A stretch of DNA of 64,000 nt from a virus, in IMG/VR virus record IMGVR_UViG_3300032753_001573, positions 1 through 64,000 of that record, one strand, 5' to 3'. Numbering within the stretch: position 1 is the stretch's first letter; every line of letters begins with the position of its first letter. Below the pieces are notes generated by a model. That model did not search any database and was not told the DNA's origin. It saw only the letters and a list, made by a program, of their open reading frames with translations. Shown here piece after piece: positions 49,907-62,253 of the stretch. The translations under genes and the position numbers were made by a program.

Positions 49907-50920
49907 ATGCGCGCAGTTCGATATATCACATCAAAAATTGATAATATCAATTATTGTTTAACAAATGGACAATTTGCACGGCATTTGCGCGCATACAACT
50001 ACACATATCAGCAATATTATGAACAATATATCACCGGTATTGTTGAAACCTGTAAGTATTGTGGTAACTCAAAAAAGTTTTATCAAACATCTCATACTTA
50101 CGCTGCTACTTGCGGAAAACCTGAATGTCGAGGGTATGTGATAAAGGACACAAAAAATAGCTGGACAGATGAGCAGCGAGCAGCTGATTCTGCTAGCAAG
50201 AATCGTGTTAATGCTCTTCGCACAGCAGAACAAAAACAAAAGATCTTAGAAAAAGTTAAAGCAACCAATCTAGAAAAATTTGGTACTGAGTTTTCTTTTC
50301 AATCTGATGAAATAAAGGCTAAAGCCGTTCAAACTAAATTGCAACGTTACGGAAATGAAAATTACAACAACAGTAGGAAAGCTAGTGAAAGTAGAATTAA
50401 CCGATCAAGCGACGACAAACGTGAATCGGCATCAAAACGCCGATTAACAAATTTAACACGGTATGGTGTAGAAAATTCTCTATTACTTAACAACGGTGCA
50501 TCTAAATCAAATAAAAGTAACTCATTAGTAAAAACTTATACATTGCCATCGGGAAAACAGATAGGTATACGAGGGTATGAACCGTTTGTTTTGGATAAAT
50601 TATTAAAAATTTATAATGAAGATGATATAATAGTTCATGATAATTTTTCCAAAACAGTTGTTGAAACAATAGATTATATTGCTGTTAATAGACATCATCT
50701 AAAATATTATCCTGATATCTATATTAAACCAATAAACACAATTATTGAGGTAAAAAGTGAATGGTGGTGGAATGGCAACGGTGATAGCAAATATAACTCA
50801 CGTTTTGAGAACAACTTAAGAAAACGATCAGCAGCATTAGCTAAAGGCTACATATATGAAGTATGGCTATTTAAAAATAAATATGATTATAGGATAATTC
50901 GTAATGACTCGGATATTTAA
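49907..50920 (+). mobile_element. Free-standing homing endonuclease between the split gp17 halves
   Basis: Y.PDIYI......IEVKS PD-(D/E)xK motif; T....(F/Y)G.E repeats; Cys pairs; TATAAATA 49852-59. Confidence 0.8.
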
Positions 50921-52010
50921 ACCAAATACCATAGGGTTAAAAGTACAAACTCCGTTGGGATTTAAATCGTTTGCCGGCGTTGCGTACATGGGTGACAAAG
51001 AAACTATATTAATAACATTGAGCAATGGTATGTCAGTTAGTTGCTCACCCATGCATAAAATCTTTGTTTCAGATAATGATTATGTACTTGCTAATAATCT
51101 TTCAATTGGTCAATATATAATGACCATTAACGGGTTATGTGATATTAGCTCGATAGCACCTACTGGTAAAACCGAACCAGTGTATGATTTAATAGATGTT
51201 GGTGGTGGTCATAGATATTATACAGATGGTATACTATCATCAAATTGTCAGTTTTTAACCGCAGATGAGACTTTGATAAATGCTGTTACTTTGTTAAAGT
51301 TGCAGGGAATTGATCCAATGTATAAAACTAATGAAATACGTTGGTATGATAAAATACAACCCAACAAGACTTACCTAGTTGCATTAGATCCCAGCGCAGG
51401 AGTAGGTAAAGATGCCGCTGCTATCGAAGTGTTCAGCTTACCAGATATGAAGCAGGTAGCAGAGTGGACATATAACAGGACCAGCATACCCAATCAAGTT
51501 AGAATCATGCAGAATATTGTTAATTTTATACACAGTGAGATGCGTAAGTTTCCTGATCAAAGAGGCGAACCAGATATCTATTTTACTCTAGAAAACAATA
51601 GCTGGGGAGAAGCAGCGCTGCTGACAATAGATGAAATTGGAGAAGATCGGTTCAACGGTATTATGATGCATGAGCCTAAAGCACGCGGTGTTGCTAGATA
51701 TCGTAAAGGTCTCAATACCAATGGTAGATCCAAAGCATTAGCCTGCACTAAATTTAAGAGTCTATTAGAAGCAGACAAGCTCAAAATATTCAGCAAATCT
51801 CTAGTGAGACAGATAAAATTCTTTGTCAGCAAAGGTGATAGTTTTGCAGGCAAATCTGGTGAGAATGACGATTGTGTTATGGCAACATTGCTGTGCGTGC
51901 GAATGATGCAGATGGTTACTAGGTGGGATGAGAGCGTTGGTAATCTCATGCGTGAAGATTTTATAGATGAAACCCACGAAGATCCAATGCCAATCTCTAT
52001 AGGCTTCTGA
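50904..52010 (+). CDS. gp17: Split-intein C fragment (114 aa) fused to terminase nuclease half
   Basis: ...VYD.......Y.TDGILSSN|CQF (junction 51245/51246); DPS.G.G.D, E.N, DD.V.A RNase H-like motifs. Confidence 0.92.
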   Translation: MTRIFKPNTIGLKVQTPLGFKSFAGVAYMGDKETILITLSNGMSVSCSPMHKIFVSDNDYVLANNLSIGQYIMTINGLCDISSIAPTGKTEPVYDLIDVGGGHRYYTDGILSSNCQFLTADETLINAVTLLKLQGIDPMYKTNEIRWYDKIQPNKTYLVALDPSAGVGKDAAAIEVFSLPDMKQVAEWTYNRTSIPNQVRIMQNIVNFIHSEMRKFPDQRGEPDIYFTLENNSWGEAALLTIDEIGEDRFNGIMMHEPKARGVARYRKGLNTNGRSKALACTKFKSLLEADKLKIFSKSLVRQIKFFVSKGDSFAGKSGENDDCVMATLLCVRMMQMVTRWDESVGNLMREDFIDETHEDPMPISIGF

Positions 52011-52041
52011 TAAATATATCAACATATAGTAGGATCTTATT

Positions 52042-53223
52042 ATGAGTTTTAACTGGGAAACGATTGGCGATAAAGTATATGGTATACTTGCCGCAGCAGG
52101 ATATGGCATACAGATGCGAGACGATAAGGGTCAAGCAACTATGGATCCTCACAAAGCCATAAGATTCCTTGCTACTGTAAAGAGTCAAGATCCAAAGCTT
52201 GACACGTATAATGTTTTAATTGGTTTGCATGACGAGGACGCATACAGCCATTTAGATTTTAGAACACCTAAAACAGTTTCAGATGCAGACTTTGATACTA
52301 TCACTAATCTCAAGAACAGCATACAGAAGAATCTTGGTGATATTGAAGGATTGAAGATCAATTGGACACCATTTGGTAGCAGTATTACATTGAAGGATGA
52401 TCCTGTAAAGAAAATCTCAGAGAGCAAAGACATCAGCAAAGTCTACGGCACAATGAAAAGTAGTTATCAGAAGGTTGGTGAGAGCAAGCTGATCATAAGA
52501 CATAGCGATCCAATAGATGAAAGCAAGCAAGGTAGTCGTTGGCGCAAGATACGTGCTGTGTTTATAGAGACTAAAGAAGGTGAACGCTTCAAATATCAGC
52601 ATCCTCATGTATCAGGTGCAAGAGCACTTGCTAGGCATATTAGCGAGGGCGGTAATACCCACGATTTTATAGGTCAAGGTATTGCCAATATGAGCGACGA
52701 TTATATGAATCTAAAGCGTGCAAACATGCTATTAAGGCATGCAGGCAAACATGATGATTCTGTGCATGTAAGAAATGCCATGAAGGATATAAATCACAAT
52801 CTTCGCAGGATGAGCGGACCTAGAGGATACAGATCTGCACAGGATTTGATGAAATCTCAAAGCAATCGTTATGACACAGGTGCAGCAGGCAATTTGTCTA
52901 AGCAACTGTTAGTTGATTGTGGATGTAGCGATGATACAGATAAAGCTGCACTCGATACTGCAGCCAAATACATAGTTAAAATTGGTTCAAATGTTCATAC
53001 TACAGAAGTCCCCGGCTGGCTAAAAACAATGTTGCAAAATCTAGCAACCAAGCTTAGCGACAGAGAACACCTTGACCAAATAATGGGTATGACACAGGAC
53101 GTTGAAGCTGGCAAGATACCGGATGCTACTCAGATAAGATGGGCAGCTGGCCTAGCCAAAGACATCAATGCTCCTGCACAAGATCCCGAAGTTGATCGCA
53201 TACGTCAACTGAGCGGCATTTAA
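52042..53223 (+). CDS. Hypothetical head-associated protein
   Basis: G..KSSYQ, I.H...IDE, F.E...GERF, GARA.A.H...GG...D; C-terminal RIRQLSGI; late promoter 52009-16. Confidence 0.55.
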   Translation: MSFNWETIGDKVYGILAAAGYGIQMRDDKGQATMDPHKAIRFLATVKSQDPKLDTYNVLIGLHDEDAYSHLDFRTPKTVSDADFDTITNLKNSIQKNLGDIEGLKINWTPFGSSITLKDDPVKKISESKDISKVYGTMKSSYQKVGESKLIIRHSDPIDESKQGSRWRKIRAVFIETKEGERFKYQHPHVSGARALARHISEGGNTHDFIGQGIANMSDDYMNLKRANMLLRHAGKHDDSVHVRNAMKDINHNLRRMSGPRGYRSAQDLMKSQSNRYDTGAAGNLSKQLLVDCGCSDDTDKAALDTAAKYIVKIGSNVHTTEVPGWLKTMLQNLATKLSDREHLDQIMGMTQDVEAGKIPDATQIRWAAGLAKDINAPAQDPEVDRIRQLSGI

Positions 53224-53347
53224 TTTTTCTTATACAATTGACAGATAAGGTACTCCTGCAGCATAAATATAGTTGTTAATAGTAATGCGCGATGTAGCGT
53301 TACTGTTATCTTAACACATTATGAGGCACAATAGGAGGCACTTAATT

Positions 53348-54382
53348 ATGGCACTTAGTTTAAAAGAAATCCAGGCAAAACTTCAGGCACAGCAAGACCG
53401 CAAGGACCGTACAAAGAACGGATCATTCTCAGGTGAGAGCGGCATTTACCCATTTTGGAACAATCCTGAGGGCAGCACAGCAACAATGCGATTTTTACCA
53501 GATGGAGATGATTCCAATGACTTCTTCTGGGTAGAACGCCTAATCATCAAGCTACCGTTCCCAGGTATTAAGGGACAGAACGATGCTAAGCCAGTTGAAG
53601 TGCAGGTTCCCTGCATGGATATGTGGAAGCCAAATAGCTGTCCAATTGCAGCAGAGACTCGTCCTTGGTGGAAGGATCCGAGCCTAGAAGACCTAGCTCG
53701 CAAGTATTGGAGGAAGAAGAGTTATTTGTTCCAGGGATTTGTGACACAGAATCCAAATCCGCAGGATGTATCTCCTGAAAATCCAATTCGTCGATTTGTG
53801 ATTAACCCCAGCGTGTTCGATGTTATCAAGAACATTCTTATGCGTCAGGATCTAGAATATAGTCCAACTGATTATGATCATGGTCGAGACTTTTATCTCA
53901 GCAAGACCAGCAAGGGTGGTTATGCCAACTATGCAAGCTCAAGCTGGGCAATAAAGGAGCGTTCACTTAGCGATGCAGAACGAGAGGCTATAGACAAGCA
54001 TGGGCTGTATAAACTCAGCCAGTTCTTGCCCAAGAAGCCAGACGATGCGGGTGTACAGGCTATCATTGAGATGTTCCATGCTAGCGTGAACGAGGAACTA
54101 TATGATACCGATCGTTGGGGTCAGTATTTCCGTCCAAACGGTATGCGTTTTGATAATGCAGGCAGCGAGTCCAACAGCGCACCTTCTGCACATTCTGAAC
54201 CATCTGCTAGCAGTGCAACAGCGGCTAGCATCATGAACAGGGTTGCTAAGGCACCAGTTGAAGATACTCCTCCCTGGGATGATGCTCCAGAAGAGAAGGT
54301 TGCATCAGCTGAAAGCAAGCCAAAGATGCAGACTCCGGATGATATCCTAGCTGCTATCAGACGCCGCACTCAGAGCAAGTAA
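53348..54382 (+). CDS. gp32: Single-stranded DNA-binding protein (T4 gp32-like)
   Basis: YP.WN...G.....RFLPD, VPC.......CP, YW.K.SY, G.DF...K..KG.YA.Y..S; GGAGG RBS before ATG 53348. Confidence 0.9.
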   Translation: MALSLKEIQAKLQAQQDRKDRTKNGSFSGESGIYPFWNNPEGSTATMRFLPDGDDSNDFFWVERLIIKLPFPGIKGQNDAKPVEVQVPCMDMWKPNSCPIAAETRPWWKDPSLEDLARKYWRKKSYLFQGFVTQNPNPQDVSPENPIRRFVINPSVFDVIKNILMRQDLEYSPTDYDHGRDFYLSKTSKGGYANYASSSWAIKERSLSDAEREAIDKHGLYKLSQFLPKKPDDAGVQAIIEMFHASVNEELYDTDRWGQYFRPNGMRFDNAGSESNSAPSAHSEPSASSATAASIMNRVAKAPVEDTPPWDDAPEEKVASAESKPKMQTPDDILAAIRRRTQSK

Positions 54383-54400
54383 TCTATAAAACAACACAAT

Positions 54401-54428
54401 GAGGTGGGAGAAATCCCGCCTCTTTTAT
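54401..54428 (+). terminator. Rho-independent terminator
   Basis: gaggtggga-gaaa-tcccgcctc followed by T-run. Confidence 0.75.
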
Positions 54429-54458
54429 ATAATTGATTAGCTTATACAAGGAGAGCAC

Positions 54459-55532
54459 ATGCGCCCGTTTGACATTTCAAAATTTAGAAAAGACCTAACC
54501 AAGAGTATACCTGGGGTCAGCGTAGGTTTCCATGATCCAAAGACTTGGATACATAGTGGTAACTTTGCCCTAAACTATGCTATCAGTGGTGATTTTACCA
54601 AGGGTATTCCGCTAGGCAAGGTTACAATGTTTGCAGGACAGAGTGGTTCGGGAAAGAGCTTCATCTGTTCAGGCAACGTAGTTCGAAATGCACAGAAGGC
54701 TGGGATATTCCCAATTGTAATTGACACTGAAAACGCTCTAGATGAAAAGTGGCTAGGTCCGTTGGGTGTTGATACTAGCGATGACAAGTTGCTGAAAGTT
54801 AATATGGCTATGATTGATGACGTAGCCAAACTGATCAGCGATTTTATGAAAGACTATAAGTCTAGATTTGATAAGGTAGATCCCGAGGAACGACCAAAGA
54901 TTCTATTTGTGTTGGATAGCTTGGGCATGCTACTTACTCCAACTGATGTTAACCAGTTTGAGGCAGGTGAGATGAAGGGCGATATGGGTCGCAAACCCAA
55001 GGCGTTGGCATCTCTAGTTCGCAATTGTGTTAATATGTTTGGAGAGTATGATGTTGGGCTAGTTGTAACCAATCACAGCTATGCGTCGCAGGACATGTTT
55101 GATCCAGATGACAAGATATCCGGCGGACAGGGATTCATCTACGCAAGCTCTATTGTGGTTGCCATGCGCAAGCTCAAGCTCAAAGAAGACGACGAAGGCA
55201 AGAAGACTACTGACGTTCGCGGCATCAGGGCTGCTTGCAAGATCATGAAGACTCGTTATAACAAGCCATTTGAATCTGTTGAGATCAAGATACCTTGGGA
55301 TAAGGGTATGGACGAATATAGCGGTCTTATTGATCTATTTGAGAAGAAGGGCATTCTTGTCAAAGACGGCAATAAACTAAAATATACAGACAAGACCGGA
55401 AATGAACATAAGTACTTCCGTTCAGGTATCACAAATGAGTTATTAGATTTGATCATGCAGGAATGGGATGAGAACAAACTACCTGCTGCTCCATCTGATA
55501 ATGTCGATGATGCTAATCAAATTGAGGAGTAA
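54459..55532 (+). CDS. uvsX: RecA-like recombinase
   Basis: AGQSGSGKS, DTENA, DSLG, NH.Y, SGG.G..YA.S, K.R. Confidence 0.92.
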   Translation: MRPFDISKFRKDLTKSIPGVSVGFHDPKTWIHSGNFALNYAISGDFTKGIPLGKVTMFAGQSGSGKSFICSGNVVRNAQKAGIFPIVIDTENALDEKWLGPLGVDTSDDKLLKVNMAMIDDVAKLISDFMKDYKSRFDKVDPEERPKILFVLDSLGMLLTPTDVNQFEAGEMKGDMGRKPKALASLVRNCVNMFGEYDVGLVVTNHSYASQDMFDPDDKISGGQGFIYASSIVVAMRKLKLKEDDEGKKTTDVRGIRAACKIMKTRYNKPFESVEIKIPWDKGMDEYSGLIDLFEKKGILVKDGNKLKYTDKTGNEHKYFRSGITNELLDLIMQEWDENKLPAAPSDNVDDANQIEE

Positions 55533-55537
55533 AATTT

Positions 55538-55786
55538 ATGGAATTGACCGCCGGACTTATGCTTGATGTATGGGAGTTGGTTAGTGAATACTTGCCCACC
55601 AACCGCAAGGAAGATGTAGCTAACAAGATGATCAAGATATTTGCAGACAAAGGGGTGGATCAAGACGACTTTGAAAGCATTAGGGGAGAAGATGGTCATC
55701 TAGATACTGCTATAGATAACTTTAGTGAATCAGATCGAGATGAGGACGAGTATGATTACGAGTCTGATGATTACGATAACGATTGA
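55538..55786 (+). CDS. Small acidic hypothetical protein
   Basis: GAGG RBS; between uvsX and uvsY. Confidence 0.7.
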   Translation: MELTAGLMLDVWELVSEYLPTNRKEDVANKMIKIFADKGVDQDDFESIRGEDGHLDTAIDNFSESDRDEDEYDYESDDYDND

Positions 55787-55857
55787 CACTAGGCATATAT
55801 GAGTGTGTAATGATAGCGGCCTCAGCCGCTATCATTTTATTAAAAGGCGTTTTCTAT

Positions 55858-56328
55858 ATGTGGTATAGCAAGATAGTCGATAATTTAGCTGAAGTAGTAT
55901 CGGCTGTTGAATTCTACAACAAAGAACTGTCTGATGCACAAGATGAATCGCGGATAAAGGGCAGCATTGAAAAAAATGCACAAGAACTTAGTGGAATTAT
56001 GAGCCACAGGTATAACCAATTACAGGAAATTGAAGCGATTTTAAAATACTTAAATATTAAGTATGATAAAATGCGTAGCGACCATTATCGCAAATATAAC
56101 GAGCGTTATAACAGAGAATTAAGCGACCGCAGCATAGAAAAATACATTGACGGCGAGGACGACATAGTAACTATGTCAATGTTGATAAATGAGGTAAGCT
56201 TAATACGCAATAAGTATCTGGGATTAATAAAAGGCTTAGATGTTAAGCAATTCCAAATATCTAACATAATTAAACTGCGAGTAGTGGGCCTAGAGAACGC
56301 AACTGTAGAGAATAACACTAGATTATAG
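55858..56328 (+). CDS. uvsY: Recombination mediator
   Basis: Y.E.Y.R.L..R..EKY.DG, K......I.KLR..G; ATG 55858; follows uvsX. Confidence 0.75.
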   Translation: MWYSKIVDNLAEVVSAVEFYNKELSDAQDESRIKGSIEKNAQELSGIMSHRYNQLQEIEAILKYLNIKYDKMRSDHYRKYNERYNRELSDRSIEKYIDGEDDIVTMSMLINEVSLIRNKYLGLIKGLDVKQFQISNIIKLRVVGLENATVENNTRL

Positions 56329-56370
56329 TGAATTAAATTCTAAAAAAAGATGCCAAAAAAGTGAAATTTT

Positions 56371-56410
56371 GGTTGACGGATCCGCTGTAGATGCTATTGT
56401 ACCTACATAG
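56371..56410 (+). promoter_or_regulatory. Early promoter, motif GGTTGAC-N-ATGCTATT-N-ACATAG
   Basis: Matches 21493-21531; A-tract UP element. Confidence 0.7.
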
Positions 56411-56430
56411 CAACAACGGAGCGATACTAA

Positions 56431-57462
56431 ATGTCCAATACGCTTGTGCATGTTACTGCTGGTCGTACCCGCGGTGGGGTTGTCGTTACTAATGCTACTG
56501 TCAAGCTCATCGAGGGCGAGAAGAAGGACAAGGACGGGCTGTATATTACCGTTGAGGGCGGCAACGTTCCGGGCCTGCGCAACGGTCGCAACCGCATTTA
56601 CATGGAGAACGTTAGCTGCTACCATGCAGTGAGCGAAGACGGCGCTGCCGTTGTTAACAAGACCAATTTGGTTGTGGAGCGCACGGACGAGGAGATTTCC
56701 AAGGACCTTACCGAGACGTTCAACATCCTGAGCGAGATGACCGACGCTGTTGCGAGCGGTATTGTGCGCGGGCTGGTTGTCAGCGGTCCCGCTGGCATTG
56801 GTAAGAGCCATACGGTGACCAGCTCGCTGGTGCGTAGCTTGGACCTGCTGGGCAAGCTGAACGGTATGGGCAGCATGTACCAGATCGTCAGCGGCACTGT
56901 TAGCGCTGCTAGCCTCTATGAGATGCTGTGGAATTATAAGGAAGAGGGCATGGTGTTGGTGTTTGACGACTGCGACGCTGTTCTCTACGATGAAGATTCG
57001 TTGAATATCCTCAAGGCTGCGCTTGACAGCAAGAAGACCCGGCGCATTCACTGGAACACTCGCAGCCAGTACCTCGAGAAGAACGACATTCCCAATAGCT
57101 TTGAGTACCAGGGTGGGATCATCTTTATCACCAACGTGAAGTTTGATCAGGTGCGTAGCCACCGAATCTCCAATCACCTCGAGGCCATTGTTAGCCGCTG
57201 CCATTACATGGACATTGGCATTGACAGCAAGCGTGAGAAGCTCATCCACATCCGTAACACTGTTGAGCGCAATGACATGATGCGCGAGTATGGGTTTACT
57301 GCTACGGAGAAGAAGGAAGTGGTTGATTACATTGTCACTAACCATAACAAGCTCAGAGAACTTTCACTTCGTATGGTTCTTAAGATCTGCGATTGCCGCA
57401 AGGCGATGCCGACCAATTGGACCCGGTACGTTGAAAAGACCTGCCACCTCAAGGCTGCGTAA
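56431..57462 (+). CDS. AAA+-type ATPase (early gene)
   Basis: GPAGIGKS Walker A, VFDDCD Walker B, LKAALD, IFITN, SR; high-GC codon usage. Confidence 0.85.
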   Translation: MSNTLVHVTAGRTRGGVVVTNATVKLIEGEKKDKDGLYITVEGGNVPGLRNGRNRIYMENVSCYHAVSEDGAAVVNKTNLVVERTDEEISKDLTETFNILSEMTDAVASGIVRGLVVSGPAGIGKSHTVTSSLVRSLDLLGKLNGMGSMYQIVSGTVSAASLYEMLWNYKEEGMVLVFDDCDAVLYDEDSLNILKAALDSKKTRRIHWNTRSQYLEKNDIPNSFEYQGGIIFITNVKFDQVRSHRISNHLEAIVSRCHYMDIGIDSKREKLIHIRNTVERNDMMREYGFTATEKKEVVDYIVTNHNKLRELSLRMVLKICDCRKAMPTNWTRYVEKTCHLKAA

Positions 57463-57603
57463 CACAACCGGTTAAACAATCTTTCAAGATCTCAATATGA
57501 GATCTTGAAATTTACATTGTAATTGATTATATTATGGGTTGACTAGCTAGTGGCTCTAAGAGCACTATGTTTAGTCAACCCATTTTCACATAAGGAGAAC
57601 ACG

Positions 57604-57894
57604 ATGGAACTAAAACCGCTTAATGATAGGGTTGTAGTAAGACGAGTGGACGCAGAAACAGTCACTAAGTCTGGTATCGTAATACCCGATACTGCTACAG
57701 AGAAGTCAGACCAGGGTCTTGTATTGGCTGTTGGTCGAGGCCGCCGAGACGAATCCGGCAACCGCATACCGCTTGAAGTTAAGATCAACGATCGAGTGAT
57801 CTTCAGCAAGTACAGTGGTAGCGTTATCAAGCACAAGGGCGATGAACTCTTGGTGCTCAAGGAAGAAGATATCTTTGCAGTTCTAAACGATTAA
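57604..57894 (+). CDS. groES: Co-chaperonin GroES
   Basis: LKPL.DRV.V, T.SGI.IPD.A.EK...G.V.AVG.G, KY.G; AAGGAG RBS. Confidence 0.97.
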   Translation: MELKPLNDRVVVRRVDAETVTKSGIVIPDTATEKSDQGLVLAVGRGRRDESGNRIPLEVKINDRVIFSKYSGSVIKHKGDELLVLKEEDIFAVLND

Positions 57895-57905
57895 TGGGAG
57901 AATAA

Positions 57906-59531
<1,626 letters not shown>

Positions 59532-59553
59532 TACTACACTCATATACTCAATG

Positions 59554-59584
59554 AGGAAAGGGACACTGTGTCCCTTTCCTTTTA
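59554..59584 (+). terminator. Rho-independent terminator after groEL
   Basis: aggaaagggaca-c-tgtgtccctttcct followed by T-run. Confidence 0.75.
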
Positions 59585-59634
59585 ATTTTACACAACCGCT
59601 TGGCAAAGTAGCATTTATTGCGCATAATGCATAT

Positions 59635-62199
59635 ATGAAAACCTGCACAGTAATACTTGAAGACGAATGCAACATTAAACTTGAAGGTCTCGACCTAAAC
59701 ACTAGGCGCGATTGCGTAAAGACGGTTAAGTACTTCTTGCCCCACGCAAGATATAGTGCAGCTTACAAACTTGGTAGATGGGACGGGACAACTAGCTTTT
59801 GTACAATTGGCGGTAGAACCTACCTCAATCTTCTTGACAAGATGCTACCTGTATTGGCAGAAAATGGATATACGGTAGAGCTAGATGACAAGCGACACAC
59901 GTATGATTTTAAATTTGATAAGATAGATGAGAATTACCTAAGCAACATAACTTGGCCTACAGGACACAGAGCAGAAGGTCAACCCATAATACTTCGAGAC
60001 TATCAAGTTCAGGCTATCAACGAGTGCATTGATAATTTGCAGGGACTCAGTATTGCTCCTACTAGTGCGGGCAAATGTCAACCTCTAAGCAGCAAGGTTA
60101 AAGTACCGGGCGGCTGGATAGAAATGGGAGATATATCGGTAGGTGATGTGATAACTATACCAGACGGTAGTACAGCTAGCGTGATTGGAGTGTATGATCC
60201 CGGTATCAAAGATGTATACGAGATAACCTTTGAAGACGGACGTAAGGTCAGATCATGCAGCGATCATATATGGAAGGTTCATAATCATAACCGGACTAAC
60301 AAGTGGAAGCTTTTAAGCTTATCAGAGATAATAGCATATCAAAAAACTAATAATAGACACATATCTGTGCCATTAGCATCGCTAGTTAACGATACTTGTG
60401 TTGCAGATCTACCGATGCATCCGTACCTACTTGGTGTACTACTTGGCGATGGATCATTCGGGCATTGTTTTGGTATCACATCGGCAGATGAATTCATACT
60501 TAATAAAGTATCTTCTCTTCTTGATTCTGATTATAAACTGTCACATATATCAAGATATGATTATAGTATAAAATTTGTATCTGAAGATGTTCACATGAAA
60601 AAGCGATCAGAATGGATGAAACATTACCCGCGTCGTGCAAATGGTACTACACTGCCAAATACAACTTATCAAACCTATCATATGTATAAATCGATAATTA
60701 AAGATCTTGGATTGTCAGGAACTCGCAGCCATACAAAGTTCATACCTCAGATATATCTCAATGCAGGATATGAACAAAGGTTGCAGATGATACAAGGCTT
60801 GTTGGACACAGACGGGTATGTTGATCGTCGAGGTTGTATAAGTTTTACGACTACAAGCCAAAAGTTAGCTGACGATTTTGCATATCTTATCAGAAGCGTT
60901 GGAGGTATTGCTAAACATACTAGAGGCACGAATAGGAAATATCGATATAATAGTGAAATAGTGCCTTGCAAAGATTGTTTCAATGTATCTGTATATCATC
61001 CTACTCCTGCAATATTAGTTACCTTGCCGCGTAAGCTAGAAAGAATAAATTCTCGTAATGTTAAACGACAGCCAGTGTTACATATTGTTGACATACAGAA
61101 AGTATCAACGGAACCGGTGCGTTGCATAATGATTGACCATCCCGACCATCTGTATTTGACAGACAATTTTGTAGTAACACATAACACACTTATTACTGCC
61201 AGCCTTAGCAAGATAGCAGAGAAGTATGGCCGTACTATTGTCATAGTCCCAAATAAAAACCTAGTACAACAGACAGAAGAAGATTATCGAAACATAGGAT
61301 TAGAAGTTGGAGTGCTGTTTGGCGACCGTAAAGAGTATGATAAAAAACATACTATTTGTACATGGCAGAGTCTAAACGTACTAGACAAGAAGAACAAAGA
61401 TGCGCTTGACGATGATCAATTATCAGTGTTCCTTGACGGGCTCATTGCAGTTATTTGCGATGAAGTCCATATGGTAAAGAATGCTAATGTGTTACATACC
61501 TTATTAACTACGACATTTTCTAGCATTCCAATACGTTGGGGATTAACTGGTACCATACCAGAAGAAGAATACAATCAAGTTAGTTTATATAGTGCTATAG
61601 GACCTCTTATTGGTTCTCTCACTGCCAAAGAATTACAAGAAGCTGGGCACCTAGCACAGTGCAATATTAACATACTACAAACTCAAGAAACCGCCGTATA
61701 TAACGATTATCAATCAGAGCTAAAATATCTAGTGACAAACAAAGATCGATTACAGTGGCTAGCCAATAAGGTTACTGAAATATCCAAGACAGGTAATACA
61801 CTGGTTCTGATAGATCGTATCGAAACTGGTGAGATACTAAATGAGATGTTACCCGATGCTACATTTATCAGTGGTAAGATGAAGGCTACTAAACGCAAAG
61901 AACATTACAAGGAAATTAATCTAGAGAACAATTCAGTAATGATTGCTACATATGGTACAACTAGTACCGGTATTAGTATCAATCGAATCTTCAATCTAGT
62001 GTTAGTTGAACCTGGTAAGAGCTTCGTGCGTGTTATACAGAGCATTGGTCGTGGCTTACGCAAAGCGGATGATAAGGATGCAGTTGAAGTTTACGACATA
62101 GCTAGCAAGTGTAAGTTTAGCAATAGACATCTGCTCAAGCGTAAGAAGTTTTATAAAGAAGTATCATATCCGTTTGATCAAGAAAAGATTATGTACTAA
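59635..62199 (+). CDS. uvsW: SF2 helicase (T4 UvsW-like) with intein
   Basis: LRDYQ, PTSAGK|T, DEVH, GLTGT, QSIGRGLR; ATG 59635. Confidence 0.92.
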   Translation: MKTCTVILEDECNIKLEGLDLNTRRDCVKTVKYFLPHARYSAAYKLGRWDGTTSFCTIGGRTYLNLLDKMLPVLAENGYTVELDDKRHTYDFKFDKIDENYLSNITWPTGHRAEGQPIILRDYQVQAINECIDNLQGLSIAPTSAGKCQPLSSKVKVPGGWIEMGDISVGDVITIPDGSTASVIGVYDPGIKDVYEITFEDGRKVRSCSDHIWKVHNHNRTNKWKLLSLSEIIAYQKTNNRHISVPLASLVNDTCVADLPMHPYLLGVLLGDGSFGHCFGITSADEFILNKVSSLLDSDYKLSHISRYDYSIKFVSEDVHMKKRSEWMKHYPRRANGTTLPNTTYQTYHMYKSIIKDLGLSGTRSHTKFIPQIYLNAGYEQRLQMIQGLLDTDGYVDRRGCISFTTTSQKLADDFAYLIRSVGGIAKHTRGTNRKYRYNSEIVPCKDCFNVSVYHPTPAILVTLPRKLERINSRNVKRQPVLHIVDIQKVSTEPVRCIMIDHPDHLYLTDNFVVTHNTLITASLSKIAEKYGRTIVIVPNKNLVQQTEEDYRNIGLEVGVLFGDRKEYDKKHTICTWQSLNVLDKKNKDALDDDQLSVFLDGLIAVICDEVHMVKNANVLHTLLTTTFSSIPIRWGLTGTIPEEEYNQVSLYSAIGPLIGSLTAKELQEAGHLAQCNINILQTQETAVYNDYQSELKYLVTNKDRLQWLANKVTEISKTGNTLVLIDRIETGEILNEMLPDATFISGKMKATKRKEHYKEINLENNSVMIATYGTTSTGISINRIFNLVLVEPGKSFVRVIQSIGRGLRKADDKDAVEVYDIASKCKFSNRHLLKRKKFYKEVSYPFDQEKIMY
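60076..61185 (+). mobile_element. 370-aa intein with LAGLIDADG endonuclease, inserted in the Walker A motif
   Basis: GK|CQP...VVTHN|T; LLGVLLGDG and IQGLLDTDG motifs. Confidence 0.93.
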
Positions 62200-62253
62200 A
62201 CCATTGATTATTTGTTAGATATGGCATTGTTGACGGTTAAATAACTGTCAACA

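Noticed and set aside
57535-57583. CIRCE element before groES
   Set aside because: Does not match TTAGCACTC-N9-GAGTGCTAA
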